Positions 1 to 12,100 of a stretch of DNA of 64,000 nucleotides are shown here, piece after piece (position 1 is the first letter of the stretch; every line of letters starts with the position of its first letter). The DNA comes from Ostrea edulis (taxonomy: Eukaryota): positions 92,008,001 to 92,072,000 of the forward strand of contig NC_079164.1 in assembly GCF_947568905.1 (NCBI RefSeq), in the 5' to 3' direction. Position numbers and translations under genes: made by a program. The notes under the pieces were generated by a model, which saw only the letters and a program-made list of their open reading frames with translations, did no database searches and was not told the DNA's origin.

Positions 1-232
1 AAAGGACTTGACTCTGTATTAAAACTGTAACCAGTAACGCTGCAGTGAAAAAAAAGTTTTCCATCCTAACACACATTTAGATATCTAATTGTTTGGTATT
101 AAAGACATTCTTGACTTTCGTTATTTTTAAAAATCAATAATTACTGGAAATGAATATTTCAATTTTTAATTGACTGCATACTTTCCATCAGTATTTTAGA
201 TTTTGTTGTCACTTTTCTTGATTTGATTCCAG

Positions 233-3200
233 GTGGATGAGATTTTGAACTTTGCAATGTTGACGGGTAAAATACAGGCCTATCCTCTACATGTTTATCT
301 GGTGAGAGACTCTGATACTTTAGTCAGTGCTCTTGGACATGCTGCGTGCCACTCAAAAGAAACAGATGTTCTCAAGGTTTGTTATGTTCACAATAAGCAT
401 ACATGTCATCAGGCCAAAAAAAAAAAAATATGTTGGTTTCCACTTTCATCTCAAAATTTTTAAGGGTTGGTAGGTAGATGTTGTTTTTGTTTTTTATTTT
501 ATTTTATAGGTTGAATTATTTTTTTTTAATGATTTAGTATTCTACCATGCATAAACTATAGTGATTATCTAGTAATCAAATAAAAGTTATATGATGAATC
601 AAAACATTTCTTTCACTATACTGTAAACAAAAACTGTTTCTGTGTTTTGGAATCTGTCTAGTGCATAATAAATAAGTCAATAATATATACTCTTGTTGTA
701 GTGATGACATTCGCAAAATCTGTGAGAATAGAAAAAAACGTGTTAGGGTCGGCAGAAATTTTTATGGTCGGTCGGGAAAGTGGAAACCAACATATATTTT
801 TTTTGCCTCAATTTCTGAACAGGATCAGTGAGATTGAGCTTCAGAATGCAAAATGTTTTGCATCGTCTGTCCTGTGTTAACAATTGAACATTTTTAATCT
901 CTTCTTGAAAACTACCATACCAATTCTTTTCAAGTTTTGTATGGAACCTCTTTGGGATAAGGGGGGCATGAATTGTAAATTTCGGGACTCCTGCAACTGT
1001 GGGGCCTTATAGGTTGGGCAAAGTCTGCCGGGCAAAGTCTACCAAATATTTACCCATTTTCAAACATGCTCTTCATCTGTAACAAAAACTAATCGAAGAC
1101 AGGAGAACCTCTACCAAAAATGTAAATTTCATGATCTCTAGAGTAATGCTTCTGGCTTTAGGGCAGGGCCAAACTTGGTATATTTATGTGTTAAACATTT
1201 GAATAGCATCTATTTGATACTAAATTGAATCTACGTGAATATTTAGAAGTCCTGTAGCAAAATTTCATGATCCCAGGGGTAGGGGTTTTACTTCCAGGGT
1301 AGGAAGAAAATGGTCACAGTGATTTATTGTCTGTATCATATGAAAGACTTCTTTAATTTTCCTGATACCATATGAATCTAAATGCATCTTATGGAAAAGC
1401 AGAAAAGGTGGTACTAAAATAGTAAATTTTACAATTTACATCGAAAATAGTCATATAGTATTAATTTAACATGTTATATTATGTAAAGTCTTCATCAATA
1501 TGGACACTTTTAGGGCATTTGTGTTTAACATGTCTTGTTTTATATTGTTGTTGAATATTAGAACTTAGATGTGCAGAACAGTAAATTTATGATTTCGCAG
1601 CCTCTGGGGCTAGTGATACCTACCTACCTATCCTCTTCGTGCCCAGTGGCACATAAGGCTGATACCAGATCCCTCCATTTGTTTCTATCCATAGCCATCT
1701 TTTCTATTTCCTTCCAGGTTTTTCCCATCTTCTTTATATCACTTCCTATAGTCCTTCTCCATGTCTCTCTAGGTCTTCATCTGCTTCTCTTTCCTTCTGC
1801 TGGAGTCCATTTAAGTGCTGTTTTTGTGATGGATTCGTTTCCTTTTCTGACGACATGACCAAGCCATCTAATCTGTCTTTGTTTAATCATTGTGATTAGA
1901 TCTTTCTGCCCTGTTCTTTTATATAGATCTTTGTTTGATATTTTCCTGGGCCAGTAGATCTTGCATATTTTCCTAATAGACATTTTGTGTGGAATCCGGA
2001 CAGCCTTTGATTATCTTTTTGCGTTAGTCTCCAACATTCTGCACCATACAGCAAGACTGATAGGACATTGCTCTGGTATAGTCTGATCTTTGTCTTTTCG
2101 CTGATGTTACTAGTCCTCCATATTTTATTAAGTTGGTGAAATGAAGCTTTTGCCTTTTGTAATCTGCTGGTGATGTCTTTTTCTGTTGCGTTGTTTTTGC
2201 TAATTGTGCTTCCAAGGTATGTAAACTCATTTACTTCTTCCAAGTTCTCATTTTCTAATTTTATTTGTGGTGGTGCAGGAACAAACTGCATGGTCTTTGT
2301 TTTCTTTTTGTTTATTTTAAGGCCGATCTTGTTAGCATTTATATTCAGTTCGTTTGTTTTCTTTTGAAGATGGTTAGCAGTAGATGATATTAATGCGATG
2401 TCGTCAGCAAAATCTATGTCTTCTAGCATAGATGTCAGTGTCCATCTTATTCCTCTGCGTTTGTTCCCAACAGTTCTTCTCATAACCCATTGGGGCTAGT
2501 GATACTTTTAACTAATACTCATGACTAACAAGTCCTGCAAGCCTCTTGTTTGAAAATGTTCTGTTTGTTGCATAGCTGCATCTGTACAAAAACTTCATCT
2601 ATATTTTGTTGTGTTTGTAAATCACCATACACAGGGTATTGATTCTACAACTTTGAACAGCTCAAAATGATGGATAGTTACATGTGAAATGTTACACAAT
2701 GACTAAATCTCTGTGTAACTTTTATATGAAGGAATCATTGACATTTTACTCTGATATTTCCACTGAAATTGATTGAATGCACAGACTAGTAATGGCTCAG
2801 TGCATATTGCTTGTGGGTCTCAGGTTCATCATTTCATTGTTGGGTTTTTGTTTTTTAAACGATAATATCGACTATGATGACTTCATGATTTTGGACTTCT
2901 TTTCTTTGATATTTCATGAGATATTATTACTTTAATTGCTATGTAATGAAAAATCTGTAAAATTATGATTTCCTGCCAAAGAATTATTTATAGACCCAAA
3001 TCTGTGAGTTCACATTGTATGAAAAGGAATATGCTTTTGGATTTCACTTTACTCTGTCGAAAGGTACTTGTGACTCGCAAAACATAGAGTGTAAAGCTTT
3101 TACATTAATCACATGTGAACTTTTAAATTTACTGCTCCATGCTAACAGTTTCTATGAACTCTTGAATTTACTGCTCCATGCTAACAGTTTCTATGAACTC

Positions 3201-5933
3201 TTGAATTTACTGCTCCATGCTAACAGTTTCTATGAACTTTTGAATTTACTGCTCCATGCTAACAGTTTCTATGAACTCTTGAATTTACTTCTCCATGCTA
3301 ACAGTTTCTTGTGTATTTCAGGTGGAACCTGACTGTTCATACATTTATGTAAATGGTTCAGAGAGTCGGGGATCCCACAATGTGACCATTATCACCAAGT
3401 CAGGCCAGCACACAGCTTTTACCAATGTCAGGGTGTGGATACCAATGAATCCTCTAGATATTCAAATTTCTGATAGTAAACTCAGCAGAATTCGTTCCTG
3501 GAAAGTTGGCTCACTCAAGAACAAGTGGAGGTAATTGGTTGATCCTATGTCATTCAGTGTTAAATTTGTTTGATCAGCTCTTATAGTCAAGTTGATGTGT
3601 TGACAGTGTGTTTAGAAATGAAATGCAGGTAGATGGAAGATCTTAAGTGATTTAGGAAAACGGTATTGCATATGTGTCCATAGGGGATTGTTAAGGTAAT
3701 GAGCAACATCAAAGGATAAGTCTTGATATTTACATGCATCTGTTATCGATAATATTGTAAGTCAGTGGTCAGTATGTACAAGATTTCATTGGTCAATTTA
3801 AATTTTCAGTAAATCTTCCTTTTGTATGTTTAGAGTGTATCTTAAATGGAAATGTTTATTTTTATGTCAAAGGCAAACACTTTAATTCTGTTGGGTTTTA
3901 TCAAAGATTTTACATAACATGAGTTTGAATTGTTTATATGGCCATGGGAATACTTTACAGATCAAGGCATAAACGAGTGGTGGATTTGGGTATGCTGACT
4001 CATACTCATCCAAGCGTCCTTCTCGGTAAAAAATATAAACAGTACGGCAAAAGTTGTCAGTTACGGCTGCAGCAGGCCTTGGTGGATGTGTACGCTAAAT
4101 TTTACATAGCCACTCCAGCTGGCTATAACTACTTTGTCAACAGACAGGCTTCCCTGAAGATCACAGACCTTCTACAGCATCAGCTACGTGTTGCAGATCC
4201 AAGAATTATTAGTTTGAAGGACAAAATTCTTCAGGGCCAGAGTCCTGGACTGACTGAAGTCCAGGTAAAACTTTCAAATATTGTTGTGATATAAACATTT
4301 CAATTGAAAAATTCAGAATTTGAGTTCTCTCTTAGAGCTGATGATGAAACAGAGCAGTTGAAACATTTCATTCTCAAACTTCACATGATTTAGTGTAAGC
4401 AGTCATAGATTTTGGTACAATAGATAGGATGTTATACATTAGCTATCATGTTTCATTTGTAGGTAATATCTGCCAATGGGAGAGTGTTAGCAGCTAGAGT
4501 TGTTCGTGTAGGAAATGATAAAGTCCAGATAGAGCGGCTTATTGTCAATCTTGTGACTGGAATCAGTCTTGATGTCTATCCCTCTAAAGAAGTCCCAGGG
4601 GCCTGGTCAGCAAGAGGTCATATATACAGCAAATTCCAAACCCAGTGGCAGGTACGTATGCAAATAGAAATCAGATGACATATTAAAAGACCTCAATTTT
4701 TTTTTTAAATAAAACCATCGTAACTTCGTTTTTCAAAATGATAATAAAGTAGACAAATTTTTGTCTGTCTTGGTTTTTCAGAGTGGAATTTTGGACATAC
4801 ATATTGAGTTTAGTGATGGTACACGATTCCCATTAAACAAAGTGTCAGATGCAGATTTCTACCTGGAGGTGGAAAACAGAAATCAAATCTTAATTAAAGT
4901 TGTTGGAAATTTTGTCAGTAACCTTTCCAACATCAAAGTGTATGCAGTTTCAGAGGGCAGATCAGAATCTATCAAAGTGTCTTTGAAACAAGGGGAAAGT
5001 TGTCCAAAGAAAAAAATGCCAACCCTTTCCTCAGGATATGTAATAACAGAGGCAGATTTTTCACATGCCAACCAGGTTCAGAGTGACCGATTGTTCAGTG
5101 ATGGTCATTATGGAGACAATAGAGCCAGTGACAGATATGACAATTTCTATATGCCAAAGAAACCTCAAGATCTAGATAAACTTGTTAAACATCAACGAAG
5201 CCACGTAGATCAAGATGGAAAGAGCAAGAAATTATCTCATACTAATCCAAACTCACAAACACTAGTTGTTTTAAATGAACTGGAGAAAGATCTTGCTAAA
5301 AGTAATCCACAGATTCAGGATGTTTCTAGCCTCAACTCTCAAACAAAGAAAGAACTGTTACAGAGTCCAAACCATTCAAAATTAACTCCCTTGGAGATTG
5401 GCATGTATGTGCTGATTGCTGTGTTCTGTGTTGGCATTTCTGTATTTCTCATAAACTGTATAGTTTTCATGGTGAGACACAAAAAGAAGAGAAAAATCCA
5501 CAAGAGAAGTCACAAAGACCCAGTATACCAGGCAAAGGATTGGGTGTGGATTGGCAGGGCCACCTTAGAACGCAGCTCTGTGAAGACCGAATGTTCCCAG
5601 TCCCTGATGCCTGCAGAGGATTTCAACGGAAACCACACAAGTCATTTACGCTCAACATCCAGTCAGAGCAGATCCTCCTCAAGCCGTGGAAATAGTGCCA
5701 ATAGCAGTAATCGTAACAGCTTCGTATCAACAATCAAAGGATCGGAGTGCAGCATCCGCATCACGGCGAACCCTCTGTCAGACGACACCAGCAGTAATGG
5801 CCATCGTAACAGTGAGACTGCCAGTCAGGCATCTAATGCAGTCCCACAGGAGAAGTGGGACTACGAGGCAATGGGACTGTCTTTTGATCAGTTGGCTGAT
5901 TATTTTGACAATTTGAAAGAGTCTTCAGCGTAA
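233..5933 (+). CDS. TMEM132: Transmembrane protein 132 family, 3' part (five exons; 5' exons lie upstream of the window)
   Basis: Phase-compatible AG/GT exons 233-376, 3322-3530, 3961-4264, 4463-4651 and 4782-5933 (TAA). Translation includes EILNFAMLTGK...CHSKETDVLK|VEPDCSYIYVNG, a single TM helix LEIGMYVLIAVFCVGISVFLINCIVF, DWVWIG, and a C-terminal ...YFDNLKES, all TMEM132 hallmarks. Confidence 0.92.
820..1542 (+). mobile_element. Degenerate Helentron-type non-autonomous (HINE-like) repeat
   Basis: Ends in GGGCATTTGTGTTTAACATGTCTTGTT, resembling the 3' end of the HINE at 52028-52673. Boundaries are approximate. Confidence 0.4.
1620..2490 (-). mobile_element. 5'-truncated RTE-clade non-LTR retrotransposon (RT C-terminal half)
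   Basis: DIDFADDIAL RT motif, YLGS, LLYGAECW and RWLGHV. Perfect 15-bp TSD TGGGGCTAGTGATAC at 1605-1619 and 2491-2505, (TAGG)n tail, frameshift near 1976 and TGA at 1777-1779. Confidence 0.93.
3115..3309. repeat. 39-bp minisatellite, 5 copies
   Basis: Unit ATGAACTCTTGAATTTACTGCTCCATGCTAACAGTTTCT; ends 12 nt before the TMEM132 exon at 3322. Confidence 0.95.
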
Positions 5934-6395
5934 GGAGTAGTATTAGGTCCTGTACACACACCTGTGCTACCTGTTTATTTATGACCTGTACTTATACATA
6001 TGTGATATTCATTTATTTAAAAGAAACCCAAACTTACATTGGCATTGGTATGATTTTTTTATCATTTCTTTAGAGTTTATTGTTTCTATTGATATATTCT
6101 TGTTTATCATGTTTATATATACATTTACATTGAATTGTTTTTATGGATTTTTTTTTAAATATCCCACCTGCTATTTGTATTTAAAGTAAGTTTATACTGT
6201 CGTTGTTTTACGAATTTGTTTACACTCTTCAAAAAAATACAACAGGCACTAATGAAATGTTAACTTGCAATATGCTTGCCATATTTGTATTTCTGAGCAA
6301 AGTCAGTAGAAAGTGTGCACCACTAGACACTTCCCCAGAGACTATGATATTAATGTTGTGTTTATGTAAGATAAACTGCTACGTATTTATTATCA

Positions 6396-6401
6396 AATAA
6401 A
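6396..6401 (+). promoter_or_regulatory. Candidate polyadenylation signal for TMEM132
   Basis: AATAAA about 460 nt after the stop codon. Confidence 0.4.
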
Positions 6402-7423
6402 CAAAAACAGGTTACCCAATTGACAATAACCCTTTTAAGAATGTTGAATACACAACTTCCATTATTTGTAAATGCTATATATGATGGAATAGAGGTTAGA
6501 CATTTCATTTATCCAAGTCACTTGTATGCTAATTATAGCAATGTATTGTGTTCAGCTAGAATCTCTGTTTAGAAATGACAGTTTATGTCCCACTTTATAT
6601 AGTTTTAGTAGTTGTAGCTACTTAGCTTGTTTCAGATGGTGCATTTTACAAATTTTCAAGTTAGATACATGAAGAGTCTGATATAATTGATGTACAACAT
6701 GGACTGGAAACCAAAAAAAAAAAAATGATTTAGCATCAGACCTTGAAAGTTTTACGCAGTCTTAGCATATTTTCTTTGTTATTGAACAATTGTGGTGTTC
6801 AGTGACATGTGATTATCTTGGTTGTTATAGTAATTCATACATGTTCAAGAATTATTATTGGACAAGGATTGATCAACTCCATAATGCAATGATGATTTTG
6901 TTGGTGCTTCTGTAAATGCTGGAATCTCAGTGTTTTTTCCTCGTACTTTTTTTTTCTACAATTAGGTACAAAGAAGAAATCATGACTGAATGAATGGACA
7001 GTATGCAATACATTTCATTCGGAATACATTTTATTTTCCCCCCTTTCCAAAATCCTAAAAGACAAATAATTTGTTTTTAACTGTGATAAGTTCAGATATT
7101 TATCTTTTCAATCTTGATTTAAAGTACAACCACGGATGTTGTGAAAAATCACTAAAGCTTTACATATGAATGTTAATATCAGAAAACGTTATGTCGGGTA
7201 TGTAATGTGTGATTTTCATTGTTTTCAGAATAGTAGAATTGGTTGTTAATTTTCCTTATTGTGAATTAATTTACAATTAAACAATTACACCCATTAATTG
7301 GTCATTCTTTCAATTTTTTGAAATCGTTTTACTAATGAACTGTTATGTACATCAGTGTAAATTCAAATGTGTAAATTCAACAGTTCGTTGTTGAGGGAAC
7401 TGCTACTCATACGGTTTTATTAA

Positions 7424-7927
7424 AGGGACTGGTTCACGTTTTTCGGAAGAAATGTTTTTCAATTTTGATGTTAAAAATTGAAAATATAGCTCATTTAATG
7501 TTGACAACCAAAATTTGGGCCGTCTGAATGCAAAGATAAGAGCAATATCTTAGCTATGATTCTGTGTTATGTAAACAACGACTTGAGTCTTTATGTAAAC
7601 AAACAAACCAGTGAAACGTTAATTTTGTAATTTAAAGCATTTTCATTTTGTACAATCACAAATTTTAACTTTTAAATGACACATGTTACCTAAAGTATAC
7701 TTGAGATGTGATATATATAATAAACTTGGATCAATATCCATTTATTTTGAAAACCCCGTAAACAATAACACACCTCAATCTTTGTTTTCAAACAAATGAT
7801 AAACTCTCTATAACGAATTTCTGTCATGATGAATAACATTAATTTTTTTGTGAAACCTTCTAAACATATTATTTTGATGATTTAAAGTGAAAAACAAAAT
7901 GTGGAGGAAAATCGTGCATCAGTCCCT
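7424..7927. mobile_element. Kolobok-like MITE (copy 1)
   Basis: TTAA TSD at 7420-7423 and 7928-7931; termini AGGGACTGGTTCACG / CGTGCATCAGTCCCT; highly similar to 23801-24310. Confidence 0.85.
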
Positions 7928-7965
7928 TTAAAACGCTGAAATTGAACATTGTGAAACAGGTATTA

Positions 7966-8286
7966 GGCCAAGTAAAATTAATTAGTAGATTATCATTCCC
8001 GCCCGCCCCTCGAAAATCGCCCCGCCCCGTTTTTTTTTTATTTTTCAAAATTACGATTTCCGGATATTTTTATGCCCGGTCCCTATTGTAAACGTACTTT
8101 GTTTCACTTTGCCTTTTAGAAACCCAAATACACATGTAATTATGATTTATAAAGCTTTTTCTCAATGAGAGAAGGCATTTTCGAGGTCAAGAATACCATG
8201 GCGAAAAATAAAAAATAAAATCCTCCCACCCGCCCCATTTTTTTGTGGAGTTTGAATGATAATCTACTAATTAATTTTACTTGGCC
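7966..8286. mobile_element. PIF/Harbinger (Tourist-like) MITE
   Basis: 33-bp perfect TIR GGCCAAGTAAAATTAATTAGTAGATTATCATTC; TTA TSD at 7963-7965 and 8287-8289. Confidence 0.85.
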
Positions 8287-9189
8287 TTATGAAGACTTGA
8301 GAACAAACCAAAATTTATCCGGTTACCACATTTTTTAGTCTAAATTTTCAGCTACAGATTGTTTTCCCCGATATAAAAAAGCATTTCTCTCAAAGCAACT
8401 TGATTTTCCACTTGAAAGACACTCCACTTGTTAAAATCCGAAACATTCAATCGATTTACCCCCAATCGAAGTTAACACTCGGGATGTCAGGGCTATTGGT
8501 TTATAGGTGAAACCTCCACATAGAATTTTAACTCTTTGTTGACATCTTGAAGTCTATTGACACAGCTCAAACAAAACTGATTGCATACAGTCATCCCACC
8601 GCACCAAAAAAAAAAAAAAAAAAAAAAAAGAAACTTTAATCAAAGATGTTACTTATTTGGAACGGTTATAAAAAATACCACTGCATGTATATATAAATTG
8701 TTTTTGTCTTAGAAAGACATTGGAACTTATCATTCCCTATTGTTATACACTGCATAAAGAAATTATTGCAAGTTTCTTGCTAATGGAAAAGCAATGGATA
8801 CTGGAGGTTCGCTGATAAAACCAACCTTTTAAAAAAAAGTATCGAGTACAAATTTTTCGCTCCAGTAACAAACTCGTAGGTGGAAGGTGTTTCTCGTTTA
8901 CTTCCAATTATATACCTATTAACTCTTATATAGGGAAGGAGAGCCTATCGTTCCTGGACGTGTTATCGGAGTTCTGGCTTTAAGAGGCACTTTATATTCA
9001 CCATAACTACCTTAAAATCGGCCTCTCGGACTTTTGGATTTATACCAGGTAGGTAAAATTCGATAAACAAGTGGCTATCAAATAAACAGACAGTCACTTG
9101 AACTGGTATAAAACGTGGTATATATCGGATATAAAAACGTTTGTTAGTAGGAGCTAGGGTTGAAATGGTTTATTGTGTAAATTTCAGTC

Positions 9190-12100
9190 ATGGAAGCCAG
9201 TGAAAAGTTAACGATACAAGCCTTGAAGGCCCACGACAAAGTCCATCCGAAATTTAAGTCTTCTGGTCGAAGCCTCAAACAGAAAAGCAGAGCCTCTCTT
9301 CTCTCGTCTCCTGAAGATCCGGCTGAGGTAATAGAAGCTTAGTTTTACCATCTTAATCAAATTAACCGTATTATACCATTTTTGTACATTTCTAAAATAT
9401 TCAGTGCGCTTTAGTTCACAAAACATATAGAGATTGTTTTATATATATATAAATATCCCAACTGTAACTTGAAGAAACTGTCCATTCTCCATGCCACACT
9501 TAGCTTGGTTATAAAAAGAGGACTTTAGGAATTGAAATATTTAATTGAATTATACAGTTTTATTTCATGTCTATCGCTATAGACACAATTAATATTTTAT
9601 TAAGCTCATGTTAGAGATTTCATACCGCGAGGTTTTATAATTAAATGATCATTAAGGAAAAAAAAACAACCTTTTAAGTGTAGACATGTTTTTACTAAAT
9701 GCAGTCCCCTTACCGTAAAACCGATCAAAACATCTCTTGTGATCGAACACCTGGAACGCCTCTGAGAGGCAATCATTAATCAATTTTTTAAAATATATAT
9801 TATATCGGATCGGGTAAGCAGATCAATGACAAAAGTTATTCTATAAAGTCTTAAAGAAATCAACAATCTATATCAATGCCTCACTACCAGAAAATCCGGA
9901 CCACCACGAAACGAGAACCCCTCGTGTAGAGCACGGAGTCGCACATATTTGTCTTTAATGTTATATATAATTAATAGGTAACCATAGGCGAAAAAAGCTA
10001 TAATTTTAAATATTTTTTTTTTTGGTTTAAACATACTAGTATCTAAAACATTTAAATACGTCTGGTGAATGGAGTTAACAAACAAATGTTATAACAAATT
10101 ATGTGTATAATTAGAGCTTCACTTTTTTCTTATTGTCGTTTTAATAAATAAAGATATGCATTATATAACCTATCCCGGATGGAGAGTTCACATGCTTTCT
10201 CAGTTTTGGTACATTTACGTCCAGATAGCACCAATCTAATTGAAATTAGATGTTGGATCCGCTTGCATACTCGCTACACAAACATCGATGTTTGTGTAGC
10301 GAGTATGCGAGCGGATCCAACATCTAATTTTAATTGGATTGAGATAGCACGTGTTGCACATTTTGCAAATGCGTAGATTTATAGTGTTCTGTTCAGGCCA
10401 TTTGCTCCATTGTGGTTGGGCGCAGTTGCGAGGGCGAAGGAGAAAATTCACCCTCGCACTTTCCGCGCTAGGACATGTTCGAGATGGATATCTTCCTTAT
10501 GAAGTTCTTCTATCTGAACTCCACTAATATTGAAATAAGATTGTTATTATCCACAAACAATTTTGATATAGTACAAATTTGTTCACGGGAAGAAAATTTG
10601 TTCTTGGTAATTTTCTGTGTGAACAGTTCTTTGTTTTATTTGTTGCCTGTATACACTTCACATGCGGTAAACGCTAAATCTTCGCCCGGGATTACAGCCA
10701 CCATAGTAACATTTGCTTTGGCGGGCTTCCGGTTTAGGGAGAATTCCATAAGTATTCAAACTAATTAAAAAATAGTGGAAAGAGATATCTCTTTCTCATT
10801 GAGAAATATCTCTTTTTCAACGATTAAAGATACATGTATATCTCTTAGACTTTGAGAGATATCTCTATAGGAATTCTTAGAGATATATCTCTTTAAGTGA
10901 AGGAGATGTCTCTCAAAGTAAAAGAGATATCCCTCAGAGAGAGAGAGAGAGAGAAAGAGAGAGATATCTCAAAGTGAAAGAGATATCTCTTAAAGTGAAA
11001 GAGATATCTCTTAAAGTATAAAAGATAACTCTTAAGTGAAAGAGATAGCTTTTTTTTTTTTAGAGAGGTATCTCTTAAAATTAAAAGATATCTCTCATTT
11101 TAGAGAGATATCTCTTTAAAATAAGAGATGTCTCTTTGATTTAAAGAGATATTTTATTTTTCGAATAAATAGTAAAAGGACTTGCCATAGATGCGCGCTG
11201 AAATTCAATTGAAGAGAGCAGTAATTCAATTAAAGACCCATCTCATGACCGTACGGTTGGTGAAAATGTAGGCGGAGCCTAATCTACACAGATGTTATTT
11301 ACCTGGAGTGGCCAGGGTCTACCAAGGTGTTAATTGCTATATCCCATGACACTTGAAAGAAATACACAGAGACAGAGGTGATCCAGACAGAACATGGTAG
11401 AAATCTACATGTCCGTGCATTTTTGTTTTTGTTGTTGTTTTTATAGTTTTGATATACACAGGACCTGTCTCAGAAACCTCTGCAGAGAGTTTCTGTGGTC
11501 ATAGTGTTTGAATAATGGTTGTATTCCTAAGGGTAGCTGACACATACTCTACATCCACCCCCTCTTTCCCTCTCTCTCTTACTCTCAGTCATTGACTCAA
11601 TGAATAATTTCTGTTATAAATATAGAGGTGTCATAAATTGATGACATAAATTATTTCAATAAGTTACAAGTTTTAGAAATTATTGTGTAAAGTTAAAGGT
11701 TGATTTCTAATTGTGTAATTTATAATACACATGTACATGTATATATATAGAGGGGGGGGGGGGGTTACAATTATATTGAAATTGTATTGTTCAGGGGTCT
11801 TTTTAAAAACAATTGAAAATAGAAGTTGTGGACAGGTCAATGCTATCAAAACTCAGGTATACTGGGCTTCCTCAAGATCTAAAGAATGCCTGTAGATACT
11901 GACTGTTATTGTTATCAAAATACCTCTCAGAGGTAGCCCCAGACCACAGTGTCTGCAGATGTCTCCCCCACCTGAGATCTATTGTTAAATGTTTGATTGA
12001 CAGGCAGCTTATAATTTGTGGGTGTTAATTTAAAATTGGGTCTATCTATTGCATGTATCAATTCAATTATTACGTGCAATAATCGAATTATTGATCTTTT

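Noticed and set aside
1571-1858. 95-aa hydrophobic + strand ORF
   Set aside because: Antisense shadow of the RTE element.
3015-3332. 105-aa ORF with ELLNLLLHANSFY repeats
   Set aside because: Translation of the intronic 39-bp minisatellite.
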